Assembly (NCBI GenBank): GCA_014193395.1
Contig: BJHT01000001.1
Span: 14,112 to 78,111, forward strand
Source of the DNA: Verrucomicrobiota bacterium
GTDB taxonomy: Bacteria > Verrucomicrobiota > Verrucomicrobiia > Limisphaerales > BJHT01
Direction of reading: 5' to 3'
Length of the DNA stretch: 64,000 nt
Below the pieces are notes generated by a model. The model did not search any database. It saw only the letters and a list, made by a program, of their open reading frames with translations, and was not told the DNA's origin. A program made the translations under genes and the position numbers. Below, in pieces: positions 36,706 to 45,275 of the stretch. Position 1 is the stretch's first letter; each line of letters opens with the position of its first letter.

Positions 36706-36788
36706 TTTTGGCAAAGGAATCGAGGCAAAGGAATGGGGCCGCGGGAACTTTTTGTCTTCATTCCTTTGCCTCCATCCCTTTGCCAAAT
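36706..36788. repeat. Hairpin repeat built from GGCAAAGGAAT units
   Basis: TTGGCAAAGGAATCGAGGCAAAGGAATGG pairs with CATTCCTTTGCCTCCATCCCTTTGCCAAA. Related GGCAGGGGAAT units lie at 36915..36960 on the opposite strand. Confidence 0.8.
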
Positions 36789-37044
36789 CCGTTTCCGGGA
36801 TTCGGATTCACGTTGGCCACGGCGCAGCGTGGAACCATCGCCTCCGAAAAGTTGAAGACGGTCCGTTGGTAACCGGATCGCCGTCGTCCCGCCACCCTCC
36901 ACCACTTAATCTTCCAATCGCCCTGCCCCAAATTCCCCTGCCAACATTCCCCTGCATCGCCTCCCCCACGCTCATCCCCCTTCCGCGCTTCCCCGTTTGC
37001 AAGGTGGACAAACCGCCAAACTTTCCCCATTAAATGCGCCACCT

Positions 37045-38379
37045 ATGAATCCTAACACCCCTGCGGCCAGCGCCGCTTCCCGCCGGACTTTCCTCAAATC
37101 CTCCACCACCGCCGCCGTCCTCGCCGGCGGCGCACTCGGCAGCCCCCTCGCCTTCCCGAGCCTGTCGCGCGCGGCCAACGCCAGCGACAAACTCAAGATC
37201 GGTTTCGTCGGCTGCGGCGGCCGCGGCACCGGCGCGGCCAACCAGGCCCTCAGCGGCGACAGCAACGTCGTCCTCTGGTCCATGGGCGAAGTCTTCCGCG
37301 ACAAAATCGATTCCAGCCTCGATTCCCTCAAAACCGTTTTCAAAGACCAGCCCAACAAAATTGATGTCGCCGAAGAGCGGAAATTTGTCGGCCTCGACGC
37401 CTACCAGAAGGTCATCGACAGCGGCGTGGACGTGGTGATTCTCACCACCTCGCCCGGCTTCCGTCCGATGCACATCAAGGCCGCCATCGACGCCGGCAAG
37501 CATGTCTTCTGCGAAAAGCCCATGGCCGTCGATGGCCCCGGCCTGCGCTCGGTGATGGAAAGCGTGAAAAAGGCGAAGGAGAAAAAACTCGCGCTCGTGG
37601 ACGGCTTCGTCTGGCGCTGGACCTACGCCAACCGCGAGTCCTATGAAAAAATCCACAACGGCGCGATCGGCGACATCATGGCCGTCTATGCCTCCTATTA
37701 CACCGGCTCGGTGGACCGCTATCCCAAGTGGAACCGCACCAACACCAAGACCGACCTCGAGTGGATGCTCCGCCGTTGGTACTATTTCACCTGGCTCAGC
37801 GGCGATCACATCGTCGAGCAGTCCGTTCACAGCGTGGACAAGCTCCTGTGGGCCATGAAGGACGAGCCGCCCGTGAGTTGCATCGGCACCGGCGGCCGCC
37901 AGCTCAAAACCTCCGAGGAATACGGCCACATCTACGACCACTTCTGCGTTGAGTATAAGTGGGAGAGCGGCGTCAAGGGCTACCTCTTCGCGCGCCAGTT
38001 CGACAAGTGCTACAACGCCAACACCGACACCGTGTTCGGCACCAAGGGCGTCTATGAAGGCGAGAGCGGCAGCAAACGCCACGTCATCCGCGGCGCGGAC
38101 GCGTGGCGCTGGAAAGGCACCGTCAACAACGGCTACCAGACCGAGCACGACGAAATGTATGCCTCCATCCGCGCCGGCAATCCCCTCAACACCGGCGACC
38201 GTTTTTGCAAGACCACCCTCGCCGCCATCATGGGTCGCATGGCCGCCTACACCGGCAAGGAAATCACCTGGGACATGGCCCTCAACTCGCAGGAAGACAC
38301 CTTCCCCAAAAACCTTACCTGGGACTCGAAGATTCCCATGCCGCCCGTGGCCATGCCCGGCGTCACGATGTTCTCCTGA
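37045..38379 (+). CDS. Gfo/Idh/MocA family oxidoreductase with Tat signal
   Basis: SRRTFLKSSTTAAVLAGG is a twin-arginine signal. The Rossmann motif is KIGFVGCGGRGTG, and the FCEKPMA motif is present. Confidence 0.85.
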   Translation: MNPNTPAASAASRRTFLKSSTTAAVLAGGALGSPLAFPSLSRAANASDKLKIGFVGCGGRGTGAANQALSGDSNVVLWSMGEVFRDKIDSSLDSLKTVFKDQPNKIDVAEERKFVGLDAYQKVIDSGVDVVILTTSPGFRPMHIKAAIDAGKHVFCEKPMAVDGPGLRSVMESVKKAKEKKLALVDGFVWRWTYANRESYEKIHNGAIGDIMAVYASYYTGSVDRYPKWNRTNTKTDLEWMLRRWYYFTWLSGDHIVEQSVHSVDKLLWAMKDEPPVSCIGTGGRQLKTSEEYGHIYDHFCVEYKWESGVKGYLFARQFDKCYNANTDTVFGTKGVYEGESGSKRHVIRGADAWRWKGTVNNGYQTEHDEMYASIRAGNPLNTGDRFCKTTLAAIMGRMAAYTGKEITWDMALNSQEDTFPKNLTWDSKIPMPPVAMPGVTMFS

Positions 38380-38400
38380 GGCAGCGTCCCGCGCGGACGG

Positions 38401-38644
38401 CCGCGGAGTGCGGCCGTCCCCGGCCGCAGCGACGTCCGCACGCACGGAGGTTTTGGAATTGGCCGGCACCTCACCGCGCTCCACCTCGCTGCGCCCGGGG
38501 ACGGGCGCACTCCGGCGTCGCGCGCCGCCGCCGCGGAGTGCGGCCGTCCCCGGCCGCAGCGACATCCGCACGCCCGAGGGTTTTGGAATTGGCCGGCACC
38601 TCACCGCGCGCCACCTCGCTGCGCCCGGGGACGGGCGCACTCCG
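38401..38644. repeat. Tandem duplication (2 x ~115 bp, period 129 bp) of a hairpin element CGGAGTGCGGCCGTCCCCGG...CCGGGGACGGGCGCACTCCG
   Basis: Unit 1 is 38401..38514 and unit 2 is 38530..38644, and they are near-identical. The repeat lies between convergent genes. Confidence 0.9.
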
Positions 38645-38656
38645 CAGGCCCGCCCG

Positions 38657-40093
38657 TCACGCGAAAATTTCCCTCACCGCCCGCGCCTCCTCAACGCCGG
38701 TGAGGCGCTGGTCGAGGCCTTGGAACGGAAAGATCAGCCGCTCGTGATCAAAGCCCAGCGCGTAAAGCAGCGTGGCGTGGAAATCATGCACGCTCACTTT
38801 ATCCACCGCGGCCTTGAAGCCGATGTCATCGGTCGCGCCGTAGTGAATGCCGCCTTTTACGCCGCCACCCGCCAGCCAGTACGTGAACGCGTGCGGGTTG
38901 TGATCGCGCCCGGGCTTGTTCGATTTCTGTGCGATCGGCAGGCGGCCGAACTCGCCGCCGCAGACGACGAGCGTGTCCTCCAGCAGCCCGCGCTGCGCGA
39001 GGTCGATGAGCAGTCCGGCGAAGGGCTGATCCGTCTCGCGCGCGAAGCCGCCGTGGTTGCCGACGATGTCGTTGTGCCCGTCCCACGAGAGCTGGTTGTC
39101 CATGCCGCCGCTGTAAATCTGAATGAACCGCGTGCCCCGCTCGATCAACCGCCGCGCCATCACGCATTGCGCCGCCATGTGCGCGCAATGCGGCTGATCG
39201 AGGCCGTAGAGCTTGCGGATGTGCTCCGGCTCGTGCGTGAGATCGAACGCCTCCGGCGCCGCGGTCTGCATCCGATACGCCAGCTCGAAGCTCTCGATGC
39301 GCGCGTTGAGTTCAGCTTCGGCGCCAGAGTTCCCGAGCTGCATCCGGTTCAAACGCGCGAGCAGATCAAGCTGCGCGCGCTGGCGGTCAGCGGTGAGATC
39401 GGCGGGGCGCGCGAGATTTTCCATCGGCGCGCCTTTGGGCTTGAGCCAGGTCCCTTGAAAAACGCCGGGCAGAAAACCCGCGGTCCAGTTGCTCGCGTGG
39501 CCCTTGGGCAGGCCGCGGTCCTTGGGATCGCTCATCACGATGAATGCCGGCAGATCGTCGCTCACCGAGCCGAGGCCGTAGGTCACCCACGAGCCGGCGC
39601 TCGGATGCCCCATGCGCGTGGTGCCGGTGTTCATCATGAACAGCGCGGGCGAATGGTTGTTCGACTCCGTGTGCAGCGAGTGGATGAACGCCATCCGGTC
39701 CACTTGCTGCGCGAGATTCGGGAACAGCGAGCTGACCCACGAGCCGCTCCGCCCGTGTTGCGCCCAGTCGAACGGCGACTTCATCAACGGCCCGACCGCG
39801 CCGGGAAAAAAGCCGGTCTTCGGGTCAAAGTCCGGCAGCGGCTGGCCGTCGCGCTTCTGCAATTCCGGTTTGTAATCCCACGTGTCCACCTGGCTCTGGC
39901 CGCCGTTCATGAACAGCCAGATCACGGCCTTGGCGCGCGGTGGCGCGTGCGGCGCCTTGCGTGCGAGCGGATTGCTCGCGGACGCCGCGAGGCCGCTGCG
40001 CGCGAGCAGACTCTGCAGCGCGACCACGCCGAAGCCCGCGCCCGCGCGCTGGAAAAAGTGACGACGATTGAGCGGGGTGGAGAAATTTTTCAT
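38657..40093 (-). CDS. DUF1501 domain protein (sulfatase-like), Tat signal
   Basis: MKNFSTPLNRRHFFQRAGAGFG.., WDGHND, GEFGRLP and GRDHNP. Confidence 0.9.
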   Translation of the reverse strand: MKNFSTPLNRRHFFQRAGAGFGVVALQSLLARSGLAASASNPLARKAPHAPPRAKAVIWLFMNGGQSQVDTWDYKPELQKRDGQPLPDFDPKTGFFPGAVGPLMKSPFDWAQHGRSGSWVSSLFPNLAQQVDRMAFIHSLHTESNNHSPALFMMNTGTTRMGHPSAGSWVTYGLGSVSDDLPAFIVMSDPKDRGLPKGHASNWTAGFLPGVFQGTWLKPKGAPMENLARPADLTADRQRAQLDLLARLNRMQLGNSGAEAELNARIESFELAYRMQTAAPEAFDLTHEPEHIRKLYGLDQPHCAHMAAQCVMARRLIERGTRFIQIYSGGMDNQLSWDGHNDIVGNHGGFARETDQPFAGLLIDLAQRGLLEDTLVVCGGEFGRLPIAQKSNKPGRDHNPHAFTYWLAGGGVKGGIHYGATDDIGFKAAVDKVSVHDFHATLLYALGFDHERLIFPFQGLDQRLTGVEEARAVREIFA

Positions 40094-40128
40094 GAGCGGG
40101 TGTGATCAAACGAGACGGTTGGGAGCTT

Positions 40129-40197
40129 GTAGCCGCCGACGTGAGGAGGCGGAGGGCTTGTCTGCGGTACGATCCGCCTCCTCACGGCGGCGGCTAC
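40129..40197. repeat. Palindromic element GTAGCCGCCGACGTGAGGAGGCGGA-loop-TCCGCCTCCTCACGGCGGCGGCTAC, copy A
   Basis: The arms are ~25 nt, near-perfect, with an ~20-nt variable loop. Other copies lie at 47374..47443 and 56512..56581. Confidence 0.95.
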
Positions 40198-40207
40198 GGG
40201 TGGCGGT

Positions 40208-43200
40208 TCAATTGACATAAACAAACTCATTCAACGCCAGCAGCGTCTGGCAAAAATCCGTCAGCGCCAGCGTGCGCGCCCCGGCTTTTCCCGACGGCCC
40301 GGCGGCCTCCAAACCGGCGGTGATGAACGCCGTGGTCGCCTGCAATTCGGCGAGCTGCGGCGGGCGGGCAAGGGCGAGCGTGTAGCCGTAAGTGATGAGC
40401 TTGGTGAGATCATCCGTTGCGGCCTCGGTTTCGACGCGGCGGGCGAAGGCGTTGGCCCATTGGCGCGCCTGCGGGCTGTTCATCAGCAGCAACGCCTGCG
40501 GTGCGACGATGGTCGTCGGGCGCAGGCCCTGGCTGGTCAGCGGCTCCGGCGCATCGAAGACGACCATCGAGTTCACGAGGCGGCTGCGTTTCACCGTGAA
40601 GTAAATGCTCCGGCGCGTGCTGGTTTCGTTGAGCGTGCCGGGTCCGAACATCGCGGGATCGAGCACGCCGCTCACCGCGAGAATGCTGTCGCGCACAGCC
40701 TCGCTCTCGAGACGTTGCGGGACGTGACGCAGGAAGAGCGCGTTGTCGGGATCGGCGGCGGCCTTGGCGGCATCGTGCGCGCTGCTCTGCTGATAGGCGG
40801 CGCTGGTGAGGACGAGGCGATGCAGGGTTTTCAGTTTCCAACCGCTGCGGATGAACTCACCCGCGAGCCAGTCGAGCAGCGCGGGATTCGAGGGCGCGAC
40901 GCCGGTCTTGCCGAAGTCGTTCGGCGTCGGCACGAGGCCGCGGCCGAAATGATGCTGCCACACGCGATTCACCGCCACGCGGGCCATCAATGCGCCCGCG
41001 CCGTGCTCGACATCGGTAAGCCAGTTCGCGAGCGAACGGCGGCGGCCGGAATATTTCGCGCCGGGTGGCGGCGACCATTGCCAGCGCGTTTCGTCCGCGT
41101 CGCGCATGAGCACCTGGAGGAAGCCCTGCGCCGCGAGGGCCTGCTTTTGATTCGTGTCGCCGCGCTTGAGAATGTGGGTTTCTTTGAGGAATGGGGGGCC
41201 TTGCGAGTGCATCACGATGGGCGTGTGACCCTCGGCGCAGATCATCGCTTGCGTCGCGTTGCGCGGCTCCTTGGCGGCGTGCTCGGCGACTTTCGCCTGC
41301 GCGGCGAGCCACGTCGGCTGCCGTTTTTTCCAGTGTTCGAACAGCGTCTTGGACTGCGCCTCGGTGGGCTTGCCGCCCGTGCGCAACACCTGCAGCGCGG
41401 CTGCGAGATCCGCGGCCACCGTGCCGCCGGGCAGCGCCGGCTCGGCCGCGTCGGTCACGGAGAAACGCGGCCGCCCGATGATGTGCTGCTTGTTGACGGT
41501 GAACTGCATTTCCAAAACGAGCTTCTCCTCGGCCGCGAGCGCGAGCGGTTGCGCGAGCACGAAAACGGCGGCGTGATCCTTGCCAATGCCGCCGAGGTCC
41601 ACGGCCCAGCCGGTGCTCGGGTTGTCATCGAGCGACGACGCGATGCTCAGCGAGTTTTTGTTCTGCTCGTAATCGGCGAACGCACGCGCGAGCGGAATGA
41701 CGCGCGCCGCGCCGTTCGCGGGCTGCACGCGCAGCACGAATTTGCCGAGGGCGAAATTGCCGTTGCCCGCGCGGCCCGGGCCGCCGCTCTTCATGCTCGG
41801 ATGCGCGAGCGTTTCCAGCCGCACCGCCGTGATGCGGCGCAGCGCCGCGGGTGCGGTGATCGTGTGGATGGCGTTCGCAGGCGCCGTGCCTTCGACGAGA
41901 TACGAGCCGTCGCCGAGCGGCTTGAAGGTCTCGGTCGTGTTGTTCGCCTTCAACGAATCGGGCACGAGCAGGGTCCACGCGTTCGTCTCCGGCTCGGCCT
42001 TGGCGCTGGCGAGCCACGTCGCGAAGGCGGGGCGCAGGGCGTCCTCGGTGGTTTGCAGCGCCGCCGTGAGTTCGGTGCGCTGGGTTTGCCACGCGGTTTT
42101 TTGCGCGCGGTTTTTTTCCTGATCCAAGTCCAGCTCGACGTTGCTGCGCACGGTCGTCGTGAAGGTCGTCAGCAGCCGGTAATAATCCTGCGTCGGGATG
42201 GGATCGAACTTGTGATCGTGACAGCGCGCGCAGCCGACGGTGAGGCCGAGGAAGGCGCTGGCCGTGGTCGAGAGCATGTCGTCCATCGCGTCGTAGCGCG
42301 TGCGCTCGACTTCGTTGGCGGTGATCTGCGTGGGGAAAACGCCCGCGCCGAGAAAACCCGTGGCCGTCATCGCGAACGCATCGCCGGGGGCAAACTCGTC
42401 ACCCGCGAGCTGCCAGCGCGCGAACTGATCGAAAGGCAGGTCGGCGTTCAGCGCCTTGATGACAAAGTCGCGGTAATGAAACGCGTGCGGCCGGTCGTAG
42501 TCGTGCTCGAAGCCGCTGCTCTCGGCGAAGCGCGCCACGTCCAGCCAGTGCCGCGCCCAGCGTTCGCCGTAGGCCGGCGAGTCGAGCAATTGGTCGATCA
42601 GCGCGGCGAAGGCTTTGGGCGATGGGATCGATGAACCGGACTGTTGCGCGACAAACGCCGCCACATCCTTCGGCGCCGGCGGCAGGCCGGTGAGGCCGAG
42701 AAACGCGCGTCGCAGCAGCGTGCGCGGATCGGCGGGGGGATTGAACGCGAGGCCCTTGGTCTTCGCTGCCGCGAGCAGGAACGCGTCCACCGGATGCGCC
42801 GCGCCCGCGGGCGGCGTCACCTTGGCGAGCGGCTGAAAGGCCCACCACTGACGGTCAGTGGCGCTCACGACCGAGCGGTCGCGCGCCGGAGTTTTGCCCG
42901 CGATGAGCGGCGCGTCGTAAGGCGCGCCGAGGTCGATCCACGCGGTGAGCTTCGCGATGGCGGCGGCGGGGAGTTGCGGTTGTTTCTCGGGCATTCCGGG
43001 TTTCAGCTCGTGACGGACGAGCTTGAGCAAACGGCTCGCGGACGCGTTGAACGGCGTGACGGCCGAACCCTCGGTGCCGCCGCGCAGGAGTCCCTCGCGC
43101 GTGGTGAGGTCGAAGTCATTGCGCGTCTTCTCGCCGCCGTGGCACTTCACGCAATGCTCGCGCAGGAGCGGCGCAATGTCGGTGCGGAACAGCTCGAGGC

Positions 43201-43324
43201 CGCGAGTCATCCGGGCAGCGTGGTCCGGGGGAAGCGCGGCGGGGGCGGCGGCTGGGGCGGCGAAGGAATGGCCGCAAAGAACGCCAAGAGACGCAAAGAG
43301 GAACAAGGCGTGGCGGAGCCGCAC
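40208..43324 (-). CDS. PSCyt1 / DUF1549 / DUF1553 protein
   Basis: CVKCHGG heme motif; DUF1549 (LLRRAFLGLTGLPPAP, ERWARHWLDVARFAES); CARCHDHKFDP; DUF1553 (NRVWQHHFGRGLV); C-terminus LNEFVYVN. The start is tentatively GTG at 43324 (VRLRHALFLFASLGVLCGHSFA signal peptide). The ORF is open up to the ATG at 43519. Confidence 0.85.
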   Translation of the reverse strand: MRLRHALFLFASLGVLCGHSFAAPAAAPAALPPDHAARMTRGLELFRTDIAPLLREHCVKCHGGEKTRNDFDLTTREGLLRGGTEGSAVTPFNASASRLLKLVRHELKPGMPEKQPQLPAAAIAKLTAWIDLGAPYDAPLIAGKTPARDRSVVSATDRQWWAFQPLAKVTPPAGAAHPVDAFLLAAAKTKGLAFNPPADPRTLLRRAFLGLTGLPPAPKDVAAFVAQQSGSSIPSPKAFAALIDQLLDSPAYGERWARHWLDVARFAESSGFEHDYDRPHAFHYRDFVIKALNADLPFDQFARWQLAGDEFAPGDAFAMTATGFLGAGVFPTQITANEVERTRYDAMDDMLSTTASAFLGLTVGCARCHDHKFDPIPTQDYYRLLTTFTTTVRSNVELDLDQEKNRAQKTAWQTQRTELTAALQTTEDALRPAFATWLASAKAEPETNAWTLLVPDSLKANNTTETFKPLGDGSYLVEGTAPANAIHTITAPAALRRITAVRLETLAHPSMKSGGPGRAGNGNFALGKFVLRVQPANGAARVIPLARAFADYEQNKNSLSIASSLDDNPSTGWAVDLGGIGKDHAAVFVLAQPLALAAEEKLVLEMQFTVNKQHIIGRPRFSVTDAAEPALPGGTVAADLAAALQVLRTGGKPTEAQSKTLFEHWKKRQPTWLAAQAKVAEHAAKEPRNATQAMICAEGHTPIVMHSQGPPFLKETHILKRGDTNQKQALAAQGFLQVLMRDADETRWQWSPPPGAKYSGRRRSLANWLTDVEHGAGALMARVAVNRVWQHHFGRGLVPTPNDFGKTGVAPSNPALLDWLAGEFIRSGWKLKTLHRLVLTSAAYQQSSAHDAAKAAADPDNALFLRHVPQRLESEAVRDSILAVSGVLDPAMFGPGTLNETSTRRSIYFTVKRSRLVNSMVVFDAPEPLTSQGLRPTTIVAPQALLLMNSPQARQWANAFARRVETEAATDDLTKLITYGYTLALARPPQLAELQATTAFITAGLEAAGPSGKAGARTLALTDFCQTLLALNEFVYVN

Positions 43325-43359
43325 CGCGACTGGAGCGCGACCGGTCCCCGGTCGCAGCG
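43265..43359. repeat. Copy of the 'GGAATGGCCGC-(ACGCAAAGA)n ... GCGACCGGTCCCCGGTCGCAGCG' composite repeat
   Basis: It aligns with 7152..7190 and 7318..7377. It overlaps the 5' end of the PSCyt gene. Confidence 0.8.
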
Positions 43360-43515
43360 CGTGATCCGCGAGGGGTGCGTTGGAGAGCGCGGCACCGGTT
43401 CGCCATGCGGAGCCGCTGCGGGCGGGGACCGCCCGCGCGCCGAACGCGTCGCTGCCCGCGACCGTTCCGAAAGCTGGCAGCGCAAAAGACACAGCGAGAT
43501 TGGGAGAGTTCAGCT

Positions 43516-44529
43516 TCATAATTTGCGCGGGGCTTTGAGTTTCGCGATGAGGAAGTCATCGATCTTCGGATGCTTCACGTCGGGCGCGCCGGGATAGACG
43601 AACTCGCATTCGACACCGGCGGCTTTGCATTTTTCCTGAAACTTCACGCCGTAGTTCGAGGTGTGCGTCGGGTCTTTCTGTTCCTGCCCCATCGCGGGCG
43701 GCGCGGAGTAGAGCAGGTAGAGCGGCGGATCGCCGGCGGAGACGTGTTCCATTGGCGAGTATTCCTTGATCCACGGCAGCACGGATTCGCGCGCGGCGAG
43801 GAAGGCGGCGAACTGCGTGTCGCGCGTTTTGTTGTCCTTCGGGTCGGGCATGAAGCCGAACGCGTGGCCGCCGTAACGGCTGTTCGGCGTCCACTCCTTG
43901 AGCTGCTGCGGGTCGAGCGAGGTCTGCGCGCCGTTCACGGCGGCGCACCAGAGGCGCGTGGATTCGCGCGCGACGGGGTCGGCGCTTTTCGGATCGGCGA
44001 GGTCGTCGTGCAGCGCGAGCCACAGGCTCGAGCACGCGCCCGCGGAGCCGCCGGTCGCGCCGATGCGCTGCTTGTCGAGGTTCCACGCGGCGGCCTGGCT
44101 GCGGACGAACTGGAGGGCGCGCGCGGCGTCGTGGAGCGGCCAGGAGACGGGCGGCTTCACGCCCGCGAGCTGCGCCTGCGTGGTGTAGCGGTAATTGATC
44201 GAGACGACCGAGATGCCCGCCGCGAGATACTTGTCGAGGCTCCCGACGCCTTTCTTGTCGCCCGCGACCCAGCCGCCGCCGTGGATGTGGAAAACGACGG
44301 GCGTGGGCGTGTCGGACTTGGCCTGATAGAAATCGAGCACCTGCCGCTCGTGCGTGCCGTACGGGACATCGGCGTGCGTGGGCGCGACTTGCGGCGCAGA
44401 GGGTTTCGCGGCGCGCGTGGGCGCAGGCGTGGGCGTAGGCTTGGCCGCGGGCTTTGCGGGCGCGTCCGCGGCGAAGGCGGGCGTGTTAAAGGCGCAAAGT
44501 GTGGCGAGGAGCAGGCCGATTTTTTTCAT
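43516..44529 (-). CDS. Secreted alpha/beta hydrolase (esterase/lipase, HGGG type)
   Basis: A signal peptide is present. The oxyanion motif is HIHGGGWVAGDK and the nucleophile elbow is GGSAGA. Confidence 0.85.
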   Translation of the reverse strand: MKKIGLLLATLCAFNTPAFAADAPAKPAAKPTPTPAPTRAAKPSAPQVAPTHADVPYGTHERQVLDFYQAKSDTPTPVVFHIHGGGWVAGDKKGVGSLDKYLAAGISVVSINYRYTTQAQLAGVKPPVSWPLHDAARALQFVRSQAAAWNLDKQRIGATGGSAGACSSLWLALHDDLADPKSADPVARESTRLWCAAVNGAQTSLDPQQLKEWTPNSRYGGHAFGFMPDPKDNKTRDTQFAAFLAARESVLPWIKEYSPMEHVSAGDPPLYLLYSAPPAMGQEQKDPTHTSNYGVKFQEKCKAAGVECEFVYPGAPDVKHPKIDDFLIAKLKAPRKL

Positions 44530-44663
44530 AGCGGTGCGATGTTCTAATGCGTCGCGGCGGGAAAACGAAGGGGGAAGTGCGGGAGCTGCGCGAATGTGCA
44601 GTGGAAACGCGTACGGAGAGCAACCAACCCCGCGCGGTTGCAGCCGCGACTGGCGGGGCGCGG

Positions 44664-44858
44664 CTTTGGAGTGCGGTGATTTGTCACCGCTTTCTCAAGG
44701 CGACTTGTCGCCGTCGAACTGTAAGTGGCGTGAAGATGAAATGGGGCATTCACGGCTCGCGCCAGCGCCGACGTGCCCGCGTGACCGGAGCCGCACGGAG
44801 GCTCGACGGCGACGAGTCGCCTGCGCAAAAGCGGTGACAAGTCACCGCACTCCAAAGG
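44664..44858. repeat. Full copy (inverted orientation) of the ~190-bp 'GGAGTGCGGTGAC..GTCACCGC' element family
   Basis: Its reverse complement aligns along its whole length with 7424..7616. Confidence 0.9.
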
Positions 44859-44892
44859 CTCCCGGTCCCTGACCGCCGTCGGATTGACAGCC

Positions 44893-45252
44893 TCACCCCT
44901 TCAACAACCGCGGGGGTTCAACGGGCGGTTCCATCTGCGGCGGCACCGGCGGGGCCGCGGCGTTTTGCTTGTTCTTGCGGAGGGTGATGACGAGGGCGGT
45001 GCAGCCGAACCAAGTCGGCAGCATGTCCACCATGGGGAACAGTTCGAGGATGAAGGTCGGCAGCAGCAGCGGGTGAAAGCCGAGCAGCCGCCACTGCACG
45101 ATCATCAGGACCACGTCGATGACCTGGTCGGGCCACACCCAGCCGAGCGGCCCGAGCGCGAGCTGGAGCGCGTCACCGACGGCCGCGACGATGTAGGCGC
45201 TGCGGATGCGCGCCGGGGTCAACGGCGGCGGGATGAAGAGGTTGGCGAACAT
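44893..45252 (-). CDS. Small membrane protein (2-3 TM), hypothetical
   Basis: 119-aa ORF with hydrophobic segments and a Pro-rich tail. It is the last gene of the ABC cluster on the same strand. Confidence 0.5.
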   Translation of the reverse strand: MFANLFIPPPLTPARIRSAYIVAAVGDALQLALGPLGWVWPDQVIDVVLMIVQWRLLGFHPLLLPTFILELFPMVDMLPTWFGCTALVITLRKNKQNAAAPPVPPQMEPPVEPPRLLKG

Positions 45253-45275
45253 GACCCGGCGTGTCCGCCCGCGGC

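Noticed and set aside
38401-38644. The tandem repeat considered as a possible CRISPR array.
   Set aside because: There are only two units, each ~115 bp and directly adjoining. There are no unique spacers and no cas genes in the window.
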